Below, one piece after another: positions 26,211-41,782 of a stretch of DNA of 64,000 bases. A program made the translations under genes and the position numbers. The stretch comes from Nageia nagi (Eukaryota > Plantae > Pinophyta): the NCBI GenBank assembly GCA_050084985.1, contig JBITNC010000002.1:21018001-21082000 (forward strand), read 5' to 3'. The notes under the pieces were generated by a model. It was not told the origin of the DNA. It saw only the letters and a list, made by a program, of their open reading frames with translations, and did not search any database. Numbering within the stretch: the first letter of the stretch is position 1; each line of letters begins with the position of its first letter.

Positions 26211-26261
26211 CTTATTTGTTTGAATGATTGTGAAAAATATTTTCAAAATGTTATGGTTGTA

Positions 26262-29200
26262 TATAACAACTTGCCCAATTGCACAATATAACAACCTGCC
26301 CAATTGTACTATTAAGATTCGAATACCATCAAGGATTTTAATAAGATTAAGTTTGAATTATGTTATGTGATGACTAATTTTGAGTAGAGATATGCATTAT
26401 TTATGTCAATTTGATACTAAATTTGATATTTTGTGATACAAATTATATGTTGACTCGAGATGGAAAGTTTAGTTAAAGACCCAAGGGATGAAGGTTTAGT
26501 TGGTGATGGGAATATATTAGTTAGTGTGAGGAAATGATTGGCATTTATTTGCTAAAAAAACCTAATGACCATTGTAGATCATATGGATGCATGACACAAT
26601 TATTAAGCATAATAGTCTATTTTGATGATGTATGTGTGGATGTGTGTGTGTACTAATGAAATTGTCTTGCAAGATGAAGGGATCATCACAAGTAAAAAGG
26701 AGTGTTAAAACTTTGATATACATTTTCAAAAGAGGTAAGGAATATTCCATTGTTTTGAATTTAAATATTTTACTTAAGGATTTTAGTGAACCGGGGTGAA
26801 ATTTAAATGTTATAGTTAAAAAGGACTATTCTCATGTTGTGGAGGCTACAAAGGTAGTTTGGGAGTTTCTGAAAATAATTGAGATAGTATCCCCACATAC
26901 ATTGTCTCTTTGTGTTAGTTGTATGAAAGAATTGGACTCAATTTGTAGTTTAACATAAAAGAGTCCAAAATATTTTATGAAACCATACTTGCAAATTTTT
27001 TTTTAATTGAGACCTATTATAAAAAAAAGACTACACTATCCAAAAAAAATGGTTGAGTTGGATGATTGAACACACTTTTGGAAATATTATAGCATTTGTA
27101 GACCAAAAATAATGCATAAATATGGAAATTAATGTATTATTTGGCTATAATATTTTTATTATTACATATATATGAAATATGGAAATGAAGAATAATGAAA
27201 GTATATGTACCTTTAATTAATTTGCACACTTAATCCACTAATAGAAAATTATATGAACCATAAGCATACATTCATTCATGCACATGCCATTGGTGGCCTA
27301 GATGAGCTACGTTAGTAGCAACATAAAATATGTAATAATGTAGATGTAATAAAGAATATAACAATGAGTAAACAAAATATTCATCATATTGTGAACACAA
27401 GATATAATTCAAAAATAATGTTTGCACATAATAGAGAAATATAAAATTTACTAGAATCCCTCTAGAATCCTCCTCATATTCATTTTCCCATGTTCTTTTA
27501 GGTCATATTTGATGCCTTTATATATAGCAACATATTCACATAACTTAGATCTTTTTGACCCCTTGTACATAGTACAATCATCCATTACATAGTATTGGGT
27601 ATTTTTTTAACCCTTTCTTTACATGATACATCATTGATGTTCTAAAATGAACTACTTAATAAATAATAATTCATTTTTAAGCATCCACAACAACCTTGGA
27701 TATAAATAAAGGGATAAACCTTAGGAATAAAGGTCCCTAATCATTTTATCTTTCTCTCCTTCAAGATAATTGGTTTTTAGGTCAATCCTGTAGAGAAAGA
27801 TTCCTCTCCTCAAAGTATCTAGGCACATTCATTTTCTCATTTCAGCTACTAAAGCTCAAATGGTTAGTTATAAAATTATTATTCATTTTATAAATTTAAA
27901 GTTCTTAAGGTTGAAATAATGCTTATAAATTCCTTATTATCAATGATCTTATGTGAGCTTGTGCTTTGAAATGTTGAACTATTTATGTTTATATTGCATG
28001 TGGATACATAGTAATTTTATGCATACCCATGTGTAGGTATCTAGAGAAGTGTTTAAATAAGTTTTATAAATGTATAGCCTAGGAAATATTATTAGATGGT
28101 CAAAGCCTATATGATATTTCTCATCCAATATAAACCTATGAGGATGGCTAATCATTTATATTAATCTAAGTACTAAAGGAGGGAAATAAATGGAGAGTGT
28201 CAGGAATTTGCTATTCCCAAGCATGACCTTTTTGAGTACACCTTAGAGGATGTGAAATATATTATTGTGCCCCATGATTAGATCAATGTAATATCTGGTA
28301 GGTATTTTTTTCCTTGGTTTACTGTCACCTCTACAAGAAGCTAGAAAATGAGCTAGTCTAAGTATGGGATGCAAAATAATGTTGTACATGCTACAAAGAT
28401 ACTTGTAAATATCATAGACTTTGGAATTACTATCTATACCTTTATTTAAGTCTCCATCATAGCACACTTTCTATGCATTCTTCCAGATATTACATCATAA
28501 CACACATTGGGGAAAATACTTGCAAAGATAATAGGGTTTGGCATTTCCATGGCATCTTGTATCTACAACTTTTTATAGAGTCTCTATCATAGCACATTTT
28601 GGATGAATACTAGCCAAGGTCATAGATTTTGTCTTGGAAAACCATAATGATAAACTTTTCAAACTAATATTTGATTACTGAGTCTCCATCATAGCACATA
28701 CTAGAGGAATACTAGCCATCTGCACCTCAATAAGGTGTATTCACTATCAAATAGTGGGTCCTTATCATACGTAAATTATCCTATTTATTCTTACACATTT
28801 GAGATTACATTTCAATGGAACCATTTATATAACATTAAATGTATTCATTTATGTATATCTCTCGACCATGGCTTCCATGGATTTATTTTCAATGAGATAT
28901 TATGTAGCCACCTGAGCACACTTTTCCTTAGAGACTATGATTTCATTGAATCTTATAATAGGTTTTCAATAAAACATTCTTCCAACAAGATAAATAATTA
29001 ATAAGTTTTGATTTTATAATAATTTCTTAATTCTTATTTTAGAATTAATAAATAATTTGTGATGAGTTTATAAAAGTTTAAAGACTTTAAGGTAAATTAA
29101 GCATGATGTTTAATTTGACAAGAGGAAGTGTGAAGAAAAGTAGATAGTTTTAACAAATGTAAAAATAAGGAAGTAAAATATTTTATCATTTGAGTATATG

Positions 29201-31919
29201 ATCTCATGAGATATGTTTTCCCCATGACCAAGGAAGGGAGGTAGTTTCAAATGGGACATAAAACCTCTTGAGATATTTTAAGGAATTTGAGTTGTCAAAA
29301 TAAATTTTGTTGCATTTAAATTTAGATACATTATATTTAAGAGAAATAGGTTTTCCTGATCCTCAAGACTCAACACCTTTCATAGTACCCAATCCAAAAT
29401 CTTTGGACCCTTGGGAGAGGCATGAAAGATGAAGGTGGAAGAATCTATACCAAGAGGACAAAGCTATTATAAAGAGTTTGTAGACTAAGCATTGACTTAT
29501 CTAACATGTAAATATTTGTCAAAATTTTTAAGGGAACCCTCTTTTAATTAATAAGGGTGACCAAAATTTATTTTATTCTAGTATCATTATGTAACAATAT
29601 TTATATGAAATGATACTTGATGAGATTTCACCTAGTAACTACTTAAGACTTATTGATATATGGCATAATTTATCCTTTGATATGTTTTTATTAAAGTTTC
29701 TTAAAATGGTAAAGCAATAACTCAAAATATAACCCCATATGAAGATAATTAATTAGTAACACAAGAACATTATGAGTGCAAGGGTAAGGGATGATGAAAG
29801 AAATAAATTAGAATTACTATGTAAATAGTTGGGGTTAACTAAAATTATGCTTTTACCACAAATAATACTTTAGGATGGCCTTAAAAGTGAAGGAATAATC
29901 TTAGTGCCCCTACATAATATTAGTACAATATTAGGAAATATTGACTTAGCTTGTATGTGTATTAGCCATAGGTGATATTATAAAACAATACTAACATCCC
30001 AACATGCTCACAAGCTAAGATACAATTCACATTGTATAAAAAGAAATAATATTTGATACAAGATAATTATTTGGTAATATTATATTTCTTATTGAAGTAT
30101 GGATTAAAGTTAAATCAAATCCTAGGAATTGATATTATTAATCCTATGTACTTGTAAATGGAACATGGAAAATGATTTAGTACATTCATATTAATATGAG
30201 TTAATGACACATAGTAAGATGTATAAATATCAAAGGAAGCAAAAGTACATTTTAACTACTACTATGAGAGAAATATTAATGTCCTTTTAGAAGCATAAGT
30301 TAAGGGAGTAACCCATCTCACAAATATCTACTCAACTAGGAGAAAATGTGTATAATATGATAAAGTTATCCTACACTAGATTGATAACAAATAGGATGAC
30401 CCCATGGGTCCTTAGATATTACAAAATGGATCAAATGGGCTAGTCTAGTGGTGATATGATGATACCTAGAAAATAATTAGTTGAACAAATATACTTAGTA
30501 AGTGTTACTTACCATTAAGGGAAAAGGAAAAAAAAATTAATGTAGCAAACATATTCTTAGGAATAGTCACTTCAATTTTTTGAATATAAATGGAAATAAG
30601 TGAACCCTTGTATATATGTAATAAAATGAATAATATTGTATTGATCAAACAATGAAGGTTGAAGATAAATCTTGAGAATGACCTATGTTAGAAGATAAAT
30701 CGTAGAAGGATATAATCAAATTAAGATAGGATGGGAATTTATGGATTGAAGTAAATGATATAGAATGTTCATTAGTCAAAGTCTTAGTCACTAAATGATA
30801 AGAAAAGGAAGTATACCTTGAGTGAGGACTATTTTATGCCACACTTCCTTGATACAAGTAGTTGACTTTAATGTTATCTCAAGGCACATTACTAGATTCT
30901 AGCATGTGATATTCTGATAAAGTAGTATTATATACCTAGCACTATGTGTATGGGATAATTGTAGTACATCCTAATATCTTGAGTGTCTTCCTAAATAATC
31001 TTGGTATAAACATTCATGGATATGTTATTTATATATTACTTATTAGTTTAAATGTGAAGGATGGATTGTTATCATGTACTTAGATCAAGGTAACACCTTA
31101 TTCTCGGTATAAGCATGGAACTTAGAAATCCTAATAATTGACTCAGGATCAATTATTTTAGGATTGATACAATATGGATGGTTTTATTTTATAATCTTGC
31201 TTAAAAAATATAATACTATATAGACCACTTAAGGGTATTGCTCCAATACCCATGGCTCCCCATGAAATGGGCATTGGTATAAGAGACCCCATGGTGAGCC
31301 TAATAAATAGATATGGGAAGGATAGTATCTCATATACTTGATAAGGTGTCAGATGAGGGTAGTAGTTGATAAAACTATGGTTACTAGATGAGGGTAATTT
31401 AGTAGTCATACTACTTACAATTTAGCATATAGGAGTATGATGACTATTCCATAGGTGATGATGTTTACCCACTCATAAGGAAGTTTGCCTAGGATAAACT
31501 ATCTAATCTAGTGAGTCAAAGGGTTATCATTGAGAGAGGATGCATAACCTAGTAGATGTACATTCTCTTAGGGGATATGGAACCCAAGTAGGAAACCACT
31601 ATGCCATGATAAGAATATCTTTTGCATAGTTTGTGAAGCAAAAATGGTGGGATCATGTATTAGGCATATCCCTATAGGATGAGCATTGTGGAGTGAACAC
31701 CAACAAAGATTCGATCAATATTGGTTAATTTAGATTTTAGCTAATCTTTCCATATGAGTGCTAATTAGCTAGGAATGTTGATATGCTCATATGGATCTCC
31801 TATTCCATTCCTAGATCATTCTAGTGTTTAAACTAATAAAAAATTTAGGTCTAAAATATTAGGGTTTGGGATGTCAGGAATAGGTGAAAACATTATCAAG
31901 ATTAGGTGGTAGCATTACA
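26262..31919 (+). repeat. 3' LTR of the chromovirus (5658 bp)
   Basis: Colinear with the 5' LTR plus extra blocks at ~26890-28580 and ~29190-29560; ends ggtggtagcattaca. Confidence 0.88.
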
Positions 31920-34339
31920 TTTAAATGAGGATATGTTCAACTTTTCTATACCACTTTGATCAATTTTCTTTAATAGTAAAAATAACTCTAGTAATAGACA
32001 TAAGTGAATGCATTTTCATAAAGTAACTTTCATTTTTTTTTTAATATCCTTTAAAATTAATTTGGTCTACAAAATTTATTAAAACTTCTACTAAATTTAA
32101 TTCACTAGATTTAAGCACCATCATTATCCTCCAAATTTGGGATCCAAAAATTTTGTTTTATTGAGAATGGAGCTATATTTTGTAATATATGAGCAAAATA
32201 AGGTTTAAAAATTTAAAATTTAAAAAATTATCATAATGTTGACTATGCATAGAACTAGTGGTTAATTATATAGTCTAAGAATGATGACAAGATGGATTCA
32301 TAGTAAATCAAATGGTAAGGTATCTTATCAAAGTATTGATTGCTATATTAGCAAGCTAGTCATTGTTATATGAATTAACTTTTGAAAAGATATACCTTAT
32401 AATTTATAATAGAAAAAGAATGATATCATCAATGATTAGGGATATTTAAAAGATGGAAGACCATATGTTGTATTGATCTCAATAATTATTCAAGTATTAT
32501 GTTCAAAATAAAAATATAGAGTGTTGTATTTATCTCATGCTATACTTCATATAACAATAACTATTAATGAGGTTTGGAGGTATTCATAACACAACATGAT
32601 CTTTGAATTGGTGTTTCATGATTTGGAAAGGGTTTTACAATAATAAGAGATGAATTTTGAATAGATTGGTAGTATCAACTTTAAAAAACATGAAAGTAGT
32701 GATGTTAAAAAATAAATTTAAGAAAAACCATAAAAAAGGGTAAATAATCCTAAGGTTTTAAAGTGTAACATTTCAAAATTTGCATAATATAAGATAGGGC
32801 ATGGGTGTATAAGACACAAAAGAGGTGAGGATTATTTGAAACATAAATTATGTGATGTTTTAATGGGTCCATGTGAGCATATATAATGGTGAGGACAAAG
32901 ATAACTATTGATTAAGATAACAATTTTCAAATACCACTATAAATCTAGACTTTTGTTAAATGCATGTAGGTAGCCCTTAAAAAACCCTTACATGTATACA
33001 ATACTTCAACATATGCTTTCTATTACTATAATCCTCTAAATCATTTTATCTCCTATATGAAAAAACTTAAGAGTATAATGGGTACTTGAAAAAAAAAATT
33101 GAACATACAAAGAGTAAAGTTTCTAGATTAAAATTGATTAGTTTTTTTTAATGTTATCATAGAGTTATAACAATAGGATATTTCAACATAGGTTTTATTT
33201 ATTTATTTTTTGTTTCACCATAAACATTAATAATATAGATAAATAATATATCAATAAAAAATACAAGATTTTGAAAGGTTCTTCAAAACCATTTACATCT
33301 TAATATATAGCATTACATACAATATGGAGTTAGAGGGATCATAAAATAATATCAAATTAACACCTTTCTCCCATATTTTAACTTTACAAAAAATTATCAT
33401 ATATAATTTAAACTTTAAAGATAAAGACTTCTTCCCAAAGTATAAGCACAATTTAAAATTTAAAGTGAATAACATTATGGCTCCCAAAGTTTTGAACATG
33501 ATGTGATAGCTATTAAAAATTCTCTTGCTCATGCTTTGGAGGATAGGCATAATATCAATCCCATGAAAGTCTACCATTATTTTACATTCTTTCCCTTAGT
33601 ATATGATGATCAAGAAATATTAAGCCTCTAGCACCATTGTTACACATCAATCAAAATGAGGTATGAAATAAAATATGTATCTAGTTCTAATCAAATTTAT
33701 ACAATAAATAAGTAGACATATATTTTTTTGGCATCCCTTAGGATTACAAAATTTAAACCCTAAATCCCCCTACATTTTCCTTTATTTAATATGGCATCTC
33801 TAGAGTTCTTTGAATGTCTCTTCTCCTATACTATCATAACCACCTACATAGAGTTTTCCAAAATAGAGATCTGATAAATGCTACCTATCTAAAGAGGAAA
33901 AACTATAATTCATTCAACATCCATTAGTAATGCCAACCATGATCCCTTGAAGGAACCCTACATAAGTGCTTCATTTTTTTCTTCCCCTTCTTTATTCTAG
34001 ATCCACTAGCTCAAAGAACCCCATAGAGGCTTTTCATTTTCCATTTTACATAGATTATCCAAATATACATGATCATAAATAACCATAACATATCCTCCCA
34101 AGCATGTTCATTGAATTTACATCATTCTCCTAATGTGTCACATCATATCCATATTTCTTGACCAACCACCCAAGTCCACTCATAGCCCGCTCTTGCCATT
34201 TAGTATCAAGATATATTTCACTCAAGATACTTTCATATTCACTACCACATGGTTTATTATATTATATTTATTAAATTTTATTTTAGCTCTTGCTCTATGA
34301 TTTTTATTAGGAACAATATTATTAGGTATTTTATGTTTT

Positions 34340-37300
34340 TGTAGATGTCTAAAAATGAATTCTTATTTATTAGATAATTCATTTTTGTAGCATCAATGTT
34401 TATTTCATATAAAAAGGAATTGAAATACACCCAACATAATGTAATCAATATAGATAAGGACCATAAAATAACGTAAGGGGTAACAAATATCTATCAAGGT
34501 ATCATAAGCTATTTAATATACGATGATTCCTAGAAAATAAGATGAACAAGATGTGGCTATAAAAGAATATCAAAGAAAAATGTTTCATTATCACCAAATC
34601 ATCAATAGAGTAGAAGAATGCAGGCATATCATATATTCAAATAACAATAATATTTTATAACACCATCTATTTGAGGATTCATTGTCTACATTTTGCACAG
34701 TTTAATATATGCAACTAATATTACTTGTCTTAAGGCATCATTGATATGCTATCACTAACATGCTGACATCATAGTTCTTGAATCCAAACGAGTGGAGATT
34801 ATTTAGAGGTATTTTTTGTAGCTCATGTATTTATATATTATGAAGGTACATAGTTATTATTATCAATTACTATTATATTTTTGATATATACATCAATATT
34901 ATATTTGTAGAGAAATAATGCTTTGTTTAGTGCATTAGGCAATATTTTTCATTTACTTTTTTAGTGAACTCATTATGTTGAATGATGATTTCCCTATTGG
35001 ATGAAATATCATATAATTTTGTAATGGATCCAACCATGTCAATGTTGTTCCTCACCTTTTTGTAAAGATATGACATTGTAACAATGGCTACAAATAAACT
35101 CCATATATTTATGTAAATGTTACAATTATTTGTATCTAGAATCCCAATTGTAAACTTCTACCAGTAATAATTAGTCAACTTTTGATGCTACCATAGCTAC
35201 AATAATATCAAAACTTGAGAATGATCAAAGATATCAGATGAAACAAGAAGATTATGATAATATATTCACCACACCCTTGTCGGTAGATATTCATAGTTAT
35301 CCCTTACCACTTGATCTCAAGGCCCCCAAGTTTGAGATGTTTAGTGGTGAATAAGATCCAAACACCATCTTATCATACTTTAGTAGGGATGCTTGTTAAA
35401 ATTATGATCTAAGAAGAAATTAATGATGAAATTCTTCCCAAGGAGTTTAAAAGGTGATGCCAACAAATGGTTCTATAATTTTCCTATGGGATCCATAAAC
35501 TCATTTAAATCATTGGTAAAAGTATTTATAAACTAGTATAAACTTAATATCAAAGAGTAGAGTACTATTACAGAATTATGTGCCTTGAACCAAGGAAGTA
35601 ATAATACCTAGAGAAGTATATCCAAAATTCAAAGAGGTATGGTAATCTATTTGAAGAAAATTAGATGAAATTAAAATTTATGGTATCTTTGTTAATTATA
35701 TCCTTCCACGTATTAAACAAAATGCTCTAAATCATATTGAGATGGGTTTTAAAATCATGAGAAAAAGAGTTTTACCAAAATAAAAAGTATTGATTGATCT
35801 TGGTTCACTAAAGTGTGCAAATACCACATATAATAGGGATAACAAAAAGTTATAGTTAAAAAATGAAAAATAATGTAAACATGGTTGAAAAACATGCTCT
35901 CACTAGATTTGCTATAATAAAGAATTGTACATTCATTTTTCCAATTCAGCCAAAATTTCATTTTCAAGATCTAATAAAAAAGGGCTTATTGAAGTTATTG
36001 GATAGAAAGGAAAAAGATGATAGTATGATCATGGGTAATTCAAATGCTTATTATACTTATCATCAAATATGAGGACATGCTACAAATAGTTGCAAATCTC
36101 TTAAGGCTTCATTAATAGATCTTATAGCTAAAGGGGAGTATAAAATCAAAGATAATGTTTTAGATCTAGATCAAACAGTGAATACTATATGAGTTGATGA
36201 AAATATTTTTATCACACTCAGGAGAGGGCATCCATAGTACATACTGAATCTGATTACTATTAAAATAGTAAGTCTTGCACTTGATGCAAAAGCTTATAGA
36301 ATGATAGAACAATGAAAAACTACTACTACTAAGATTATATTGTATGATCTTATAAGCACATATAAAATATATAGGGAGGTCTTGTATGAGCTATTCAAAA
36401 AGGAAAACTTCCCTACAAATATTTTTCCCACATTATTTTTTGAAAAAATTTAGTCCATATAAGATTATGATGTAATTTCCTTTTTTAAGTCTAAAAAAAT
36501 TAGGAAATATCTTATTTTTGAATGTCTAGCACTTTATGGAGCACCTATGATACGTGGATGGGAAATAAAAATGGAAATTATAGATTATGGTTCAATTGTC
36601 AATGCTTGTTCCCAAAAATTCCTACAAAAACTCTATGATAAATAAACCACTTGGCTTAGTCACACTCCCAATAACACTAGGTCTTAAGACTATTCAAATA
36701 AATTTTCATTTCATGAGTTCCAAACTTTCATATAATCTACTTATAGGGAGAACTTGGTTACATGACATAGATGTAGTACTTGTACGATACATGGTAATCT
36801 GAAATATGAATATGAAGGAAAAATACATACAATTATAAGGGATCTAGAGCCATATGCATTGTGCAATTTGGTAGATTTAGATATTTAAGAATTGGATTTA
36901 ACTTATCCTAAATTTCAAGTAGTTCCAAAGGAAGTTGAATCAGCTTTAACAAAAGAAAAAAAAGAGGCACACATTGTAGATATAGGAATGGGGATGTACA
37001 AAATCAAAAACTTTAATCAGTCAGCCTCTATAAAAGATTTGGAAAATCTAAAAATAATAAAAAATGTAGATCATTGACACCATGTTGAAGGTACCATAGA
37101 GTATCCATACTATGAATTTGAGGGATAGCTAAGTGGTTCTTGTGCTACAGCCTATCTATCTTCAATTCCCATCTAGTTGATGAACATAATACTGAAATAG
37201 AATATGGGTAATCATTTTCCATCTCTTTTTTCACATAAATACATGAATCAAAATTATAAATATAAGTAAAGGGGATTACAAAAATTAAAACATGGTATAC

Positions 37301-40300
37301 CTTCTTTTCCTAAAAACTTAGGTTCTTAGGAAGATAATAAAGGACTAGGTAGTAATTAGGATACTAAAAAAAGTTCATTCCATAATGTACTATGAGTGAG
37401 ATTTGTGATAACATTAATGAAGATTTATGGATTGATGATATTATACCTCTTGAATTTGATTATTTTTATACTGATGAGGATATACTAGAATATATGGGAT
37501 AAACTCAAAATAGTCCAAATCAAATAATAAATGAAATCTAAATTATGTTCTAAGTTAGTATGGATATTTTAGATAAGAGGTAAACTTTAATGAAGTATTT
37601 TAGGTACAACATGTTGATGAATAAGAGTATGATGATCATGATATCCTTGGCTTAGAGTATCTACCTTCATTATTACAAAAGAAAGAAGAATCAATATTTT
37701 CTACTAAAGAGTTGTTTGATGTTAACATTGGTATAAATCACCAAGAAATATTGATAAAAGTTGTGGTTTCTATTTCAATTCCACAACAAGAAAGGTATAA
37801 AAACAAATTCATTAAATGTCATAAAAACTTTACATGGTATTATTTTGATATGCCTAGTTTAAGTACATCATTTTTCATACATAGTTACCACTCAAAGAAG
37901 GAGAAAAAATTACAAAACAAAAACAAATAAAAATGCTTTTCTCAAAAGCTTTGTTGGTAAAAAAAGAAATTAAAAAATACCTAAATGTTAGATTTATTAT
38001 ACCAATATATTGTTCAAAATCGATGGCTAACATTGTTTCTATCACTAAATCAAATGGATAAATCATAACTTACATTGATTTAAGAGATATCAATAATGCT
38101 TGTCCAAAATATGATTTTCCATTGCCAAATATTAATATAATTATGGATAGTATTTATGATCATGATATTTTATCTTTTATGGATGACTTTTTGGGATATA
38201 ATCATATTTTTATCAATTTAGGTAATCAACATAAAATACCTCTCACTACATCATTGGGTAATTTTTATTGTACGGTTATTCATTTTGGTTTGAAAAATGT
38301 AGGAACTACTTACAAACATGCAATGGTCAATATCTTTCATGACCACATTCATAAATGTATAGAGTTTTATGTTGATGATATCTTGGTAAAATAAAAATAA
38401 GAAAAAGATCATTTGAAGCTTCTTGAATAGGTATTTGGCATTCTTAAGAAGTACAAGGTTACACTGAAACCTCAAAAGTATGCTTTTTCAGTTACTTCAA
38501 AAAAGTTAGTAGGCTTTCTAGTTTAAAAGAGAGGTATTGAAGTAGATCCCTAAACGGTAAAGACCAATGTTAGCATGATAGCTCCATAAGGTCTAAAGCA
38601 AGTGAGAAGCCTTCAAGGTAAGCTAATTTTAGTAAGAAGATTCATTTCAAAACACAGAGATAAGTGTTTATAATTTACTCATTTTTTGAAAAAGGATGTA
38701 ATATTTGTATGGGATGGAAAATATCAAAAAGCATTTGAGGCCATCAAATAGTATTTGCTTAATCCACCAATACTAGTGCTTATGGATTTTAGCAAAGGGA
38801 CTTATCTCTACATTTTAGCCACAATATTTTCCTTGGGGTAAATCTTATTTCAACAAGATGATAAAAAGAAGGAAAGGGAAATCTACTATCTTAGTAAGAC
38901 TCTTATAGACTATTTAGCAAGGTACACTCCCATGGAAAAAAATTATTTCGGCATAATTTTTGCAACTACAAAATTGTGACATTATCTTTAATATTATACT
39001 ACATATGTTGTTAACCTAGTTAATCCATTGAAATATCTTATAGAAAAGTAATATTTTTCAAGAAGAGTAGCTATATGGCTAGTTTTATTGCAATAATTTG
39101 ATATCAATATAGTAATATAAAAGTATTTTAAGGATCAGGCAATAGGATATCTGATACCAAAGTTACCATAGAATGGCATAGTTGTTGTCCATTATGAGTT
39201 CCTATATGATTATGATCAATACACACTTCCTTTAGATCGTGGACACCATGGAGAGCTTTCCTACACTGTTACGATGATCAGTGGGATATCCCAGATGAGG
39301 ATTTTTACTATATGGAAGATGAAATTAAGGCATAGACACTATATTTCAATGGATCAAAGTGTTCATATGGGGTAGGGTAAGATATTATATTGGGTTCACC
39401 TTCTAATGATGCCATTCCTATGGCATTTAAACATGGATTCAAGTGCACTAATAATATGATAGAATATAAGGCTTTGATTTTAGGTTTAAAAGTAGCTATT
39501 TCGTTAAAACTAGAGGATTTGGAAATATATGTTGATTCACAAATATCATTAACTAAAGTAAATAATATATACAACATAAAGGATGAAAAATTGTATCCTT
39601 ATAAGATAGCAGTTTCTAAGCTCCTTCATTGATTTGAGAGGTACAATATTGTTACTATATCTAGAATAAAGAATAAATATGCAAATTCAATGAATAATGT
39701 AGCTTCCTTAGCTCCAATCAAAATAGCAAATGAGCATACCATTTTAAAGATCAAGTATTGGGCTTATCCTTCTTATATGGATAATGATAGTGAAATAGAG
39801 GTATGTTGTATTTTGCAAGATGAAATTGATACATCATGTTATAATGATATATATAAATATTTGAAAGATCAACTAATACTTGAACAAGCACATAAGGGCT
39901 TATGCAAGTGGTATTTCTTTGTAAAAGATTTATACACTAAGATTTTACTTATTGGATATTACTATGCAATAATAGAACAAGATTGTAAGGATCATATCAA
40001 AACATGTATTTAATATAAAAAATATTATAATATAGAAAAACAACCAACATAAGAGCTAAATTCATTTTTTTCATCATGACCTTTTGTAACTTCGAGCATT
40101 GACATATTTGGTTTGATTAATCCTCATTCAAGATATGGACAAAAATTCTTCATCTCAACTACAAAATGTATCACTAAATGGGTATAGATAACACCAATGA
40201 AGTTTGTCACACAAAATAATATAACATAATTTTTGATTGATAACATCATTATCACAAGGTTTGAAGTCATGAAAATAGCTACAAATGATGAGGTTAAATG

Positions 40301-41782
40301 AAAATTTGAGCCCAATTGGCTAGGCTAATTTATTATAGTGGAAGCTACAAGATCAAGTGCATATAAAGTATCATCAATGGATGATAAAGAAGAATAAATA
40401 CCCTTGAATGCTATACACTTGAAAGCCTTTTATGTATGAAGGAATTTGCCTATACCTCAAAACATCACAATGTATCAAAAATAGGTACATGTACAATATG
40501 TTGTATTTTTAATTCAAGTTTTATTTCTACCTTGCATAAGACGTAGACACCATATTTTTGGTCACATGTTGTCGACATCATAAATTAAAAAAAATGAATA
40601 AAAAATTAGCATAATATCTAAAGATCATGGACATAAAATGCATGCTCACCAATGGCCAACAATATGATTAATAAGAGTTCACTCAATCAAAAGAAAACTG
40701 GTGATACAACCATTAATAAGAATATTGATATTGATTCATACTTAATGGATGATGCATATCCTTATGTATCCATATAGGATAAAGTGTATTTCTAACCTCA
40801 TTTTCTATTATAAGGGATTTTCTAATCTATCTTTTATTACATGTTTAAAAAAATAAAAGCAAAGCATCAATGTCATTAGCAATATTATTTGCATGCTACC
40901 CATGTTGTTCATTGTATCACATCAGGATCTAAAACCATTGTACCTATTTTACATCAAGGCATGGACACTAGAATGTAAGTCTCCATAGTATAAAAGATAA
41001 AGGAGAAGTTACTTTCATGCTTAAGCATCTAGCAAGGGGCAAAAAGAGGAATGTCTTCATATTTTATCTTGGCTACTCAATCCATAGAGCTTTCCTAGGA
41101 AAAATGAAGAGCCCAAATGAAAGGATCATGTTGCTATACAAGAGTTCACAGTTCTCAAAATTTCATTCTATTTCTATTCTTTGGATATATAACTTCATGT
41201 ATTCCATTACACTTCCAAAGAGGGGGAAAATATAAAAGCCTAAGTATAAATTCTTGTTTATTAAATAATTTGTTTTTATAGCATCAATAGATATTTATTA
41301 TAAAAAGGGGTTAAAATACATCTAAGATAATGTATTCAAAATAAAAAAATCATAAAACAATGTAAGTGGTACTAAATATATATAAAGGCATCACCAGCTA
41401 TGTAATACATAATGATTCCAAGATAAGAGGATGACGAATATGTGGCTATAAAAGAATAATAAAGGAATATGTTTCAACATCAGTATATCATCAATTGGTA
41501 GGAGAATACAAGCATATCATATATCTAACCAACATCAATATTTTGTAGCACCATCTACTTGAAGATCTATTATATATCTTTTGTGCACTTTAATTTCTAC
41601 ATCTTAAATTACTTGTATTAAGGCATCGATAGTGTGATATCATTAAGATGACAATGCCATAGTTCACGAATTCAAACAAGTGGAAATTACACAAAGGTAT
41701 CATTTGTAGCTCATATGTTTAGATCTAACAAACGTAGATAATCATTATTATCAATTACTAGTATATTTTTGATATATATGTA
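34340..41782 (+). mobile_element. Degenerate Tat/Ogre-type gypsy with additional RNase H
   Basis: ~550-bp LTRs at ~34340-34892 and 41231-~41782; PPT aaagagggggaaaa 41217-41230. RT LSFMDDFLGYNHI..YVDDILVK; second RH CTNNMIEYKALILGL..YVDSQ; INT remnant with deletions. Confidence 0.85.

Larger units (their letters stand above)
15626..31919 (+). mobile_element. Full-length degenerate Ty3/gypsy chromovirus (Tekay/Del-like)
   Basis: LTRs 15626-19200 and 26262-31919; PBS tggtattagagc 19202-19213; TSD tttag (15621-15625) / tttaa (31920-31924). Gag, PR (ILGMDWL), RT ([19 protein letters not shown]), RH (DASLEGLG, YATHDLE), INT (MDFIVG), chromodomain (LVQW...TWKDE). Confidence 0.93.
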
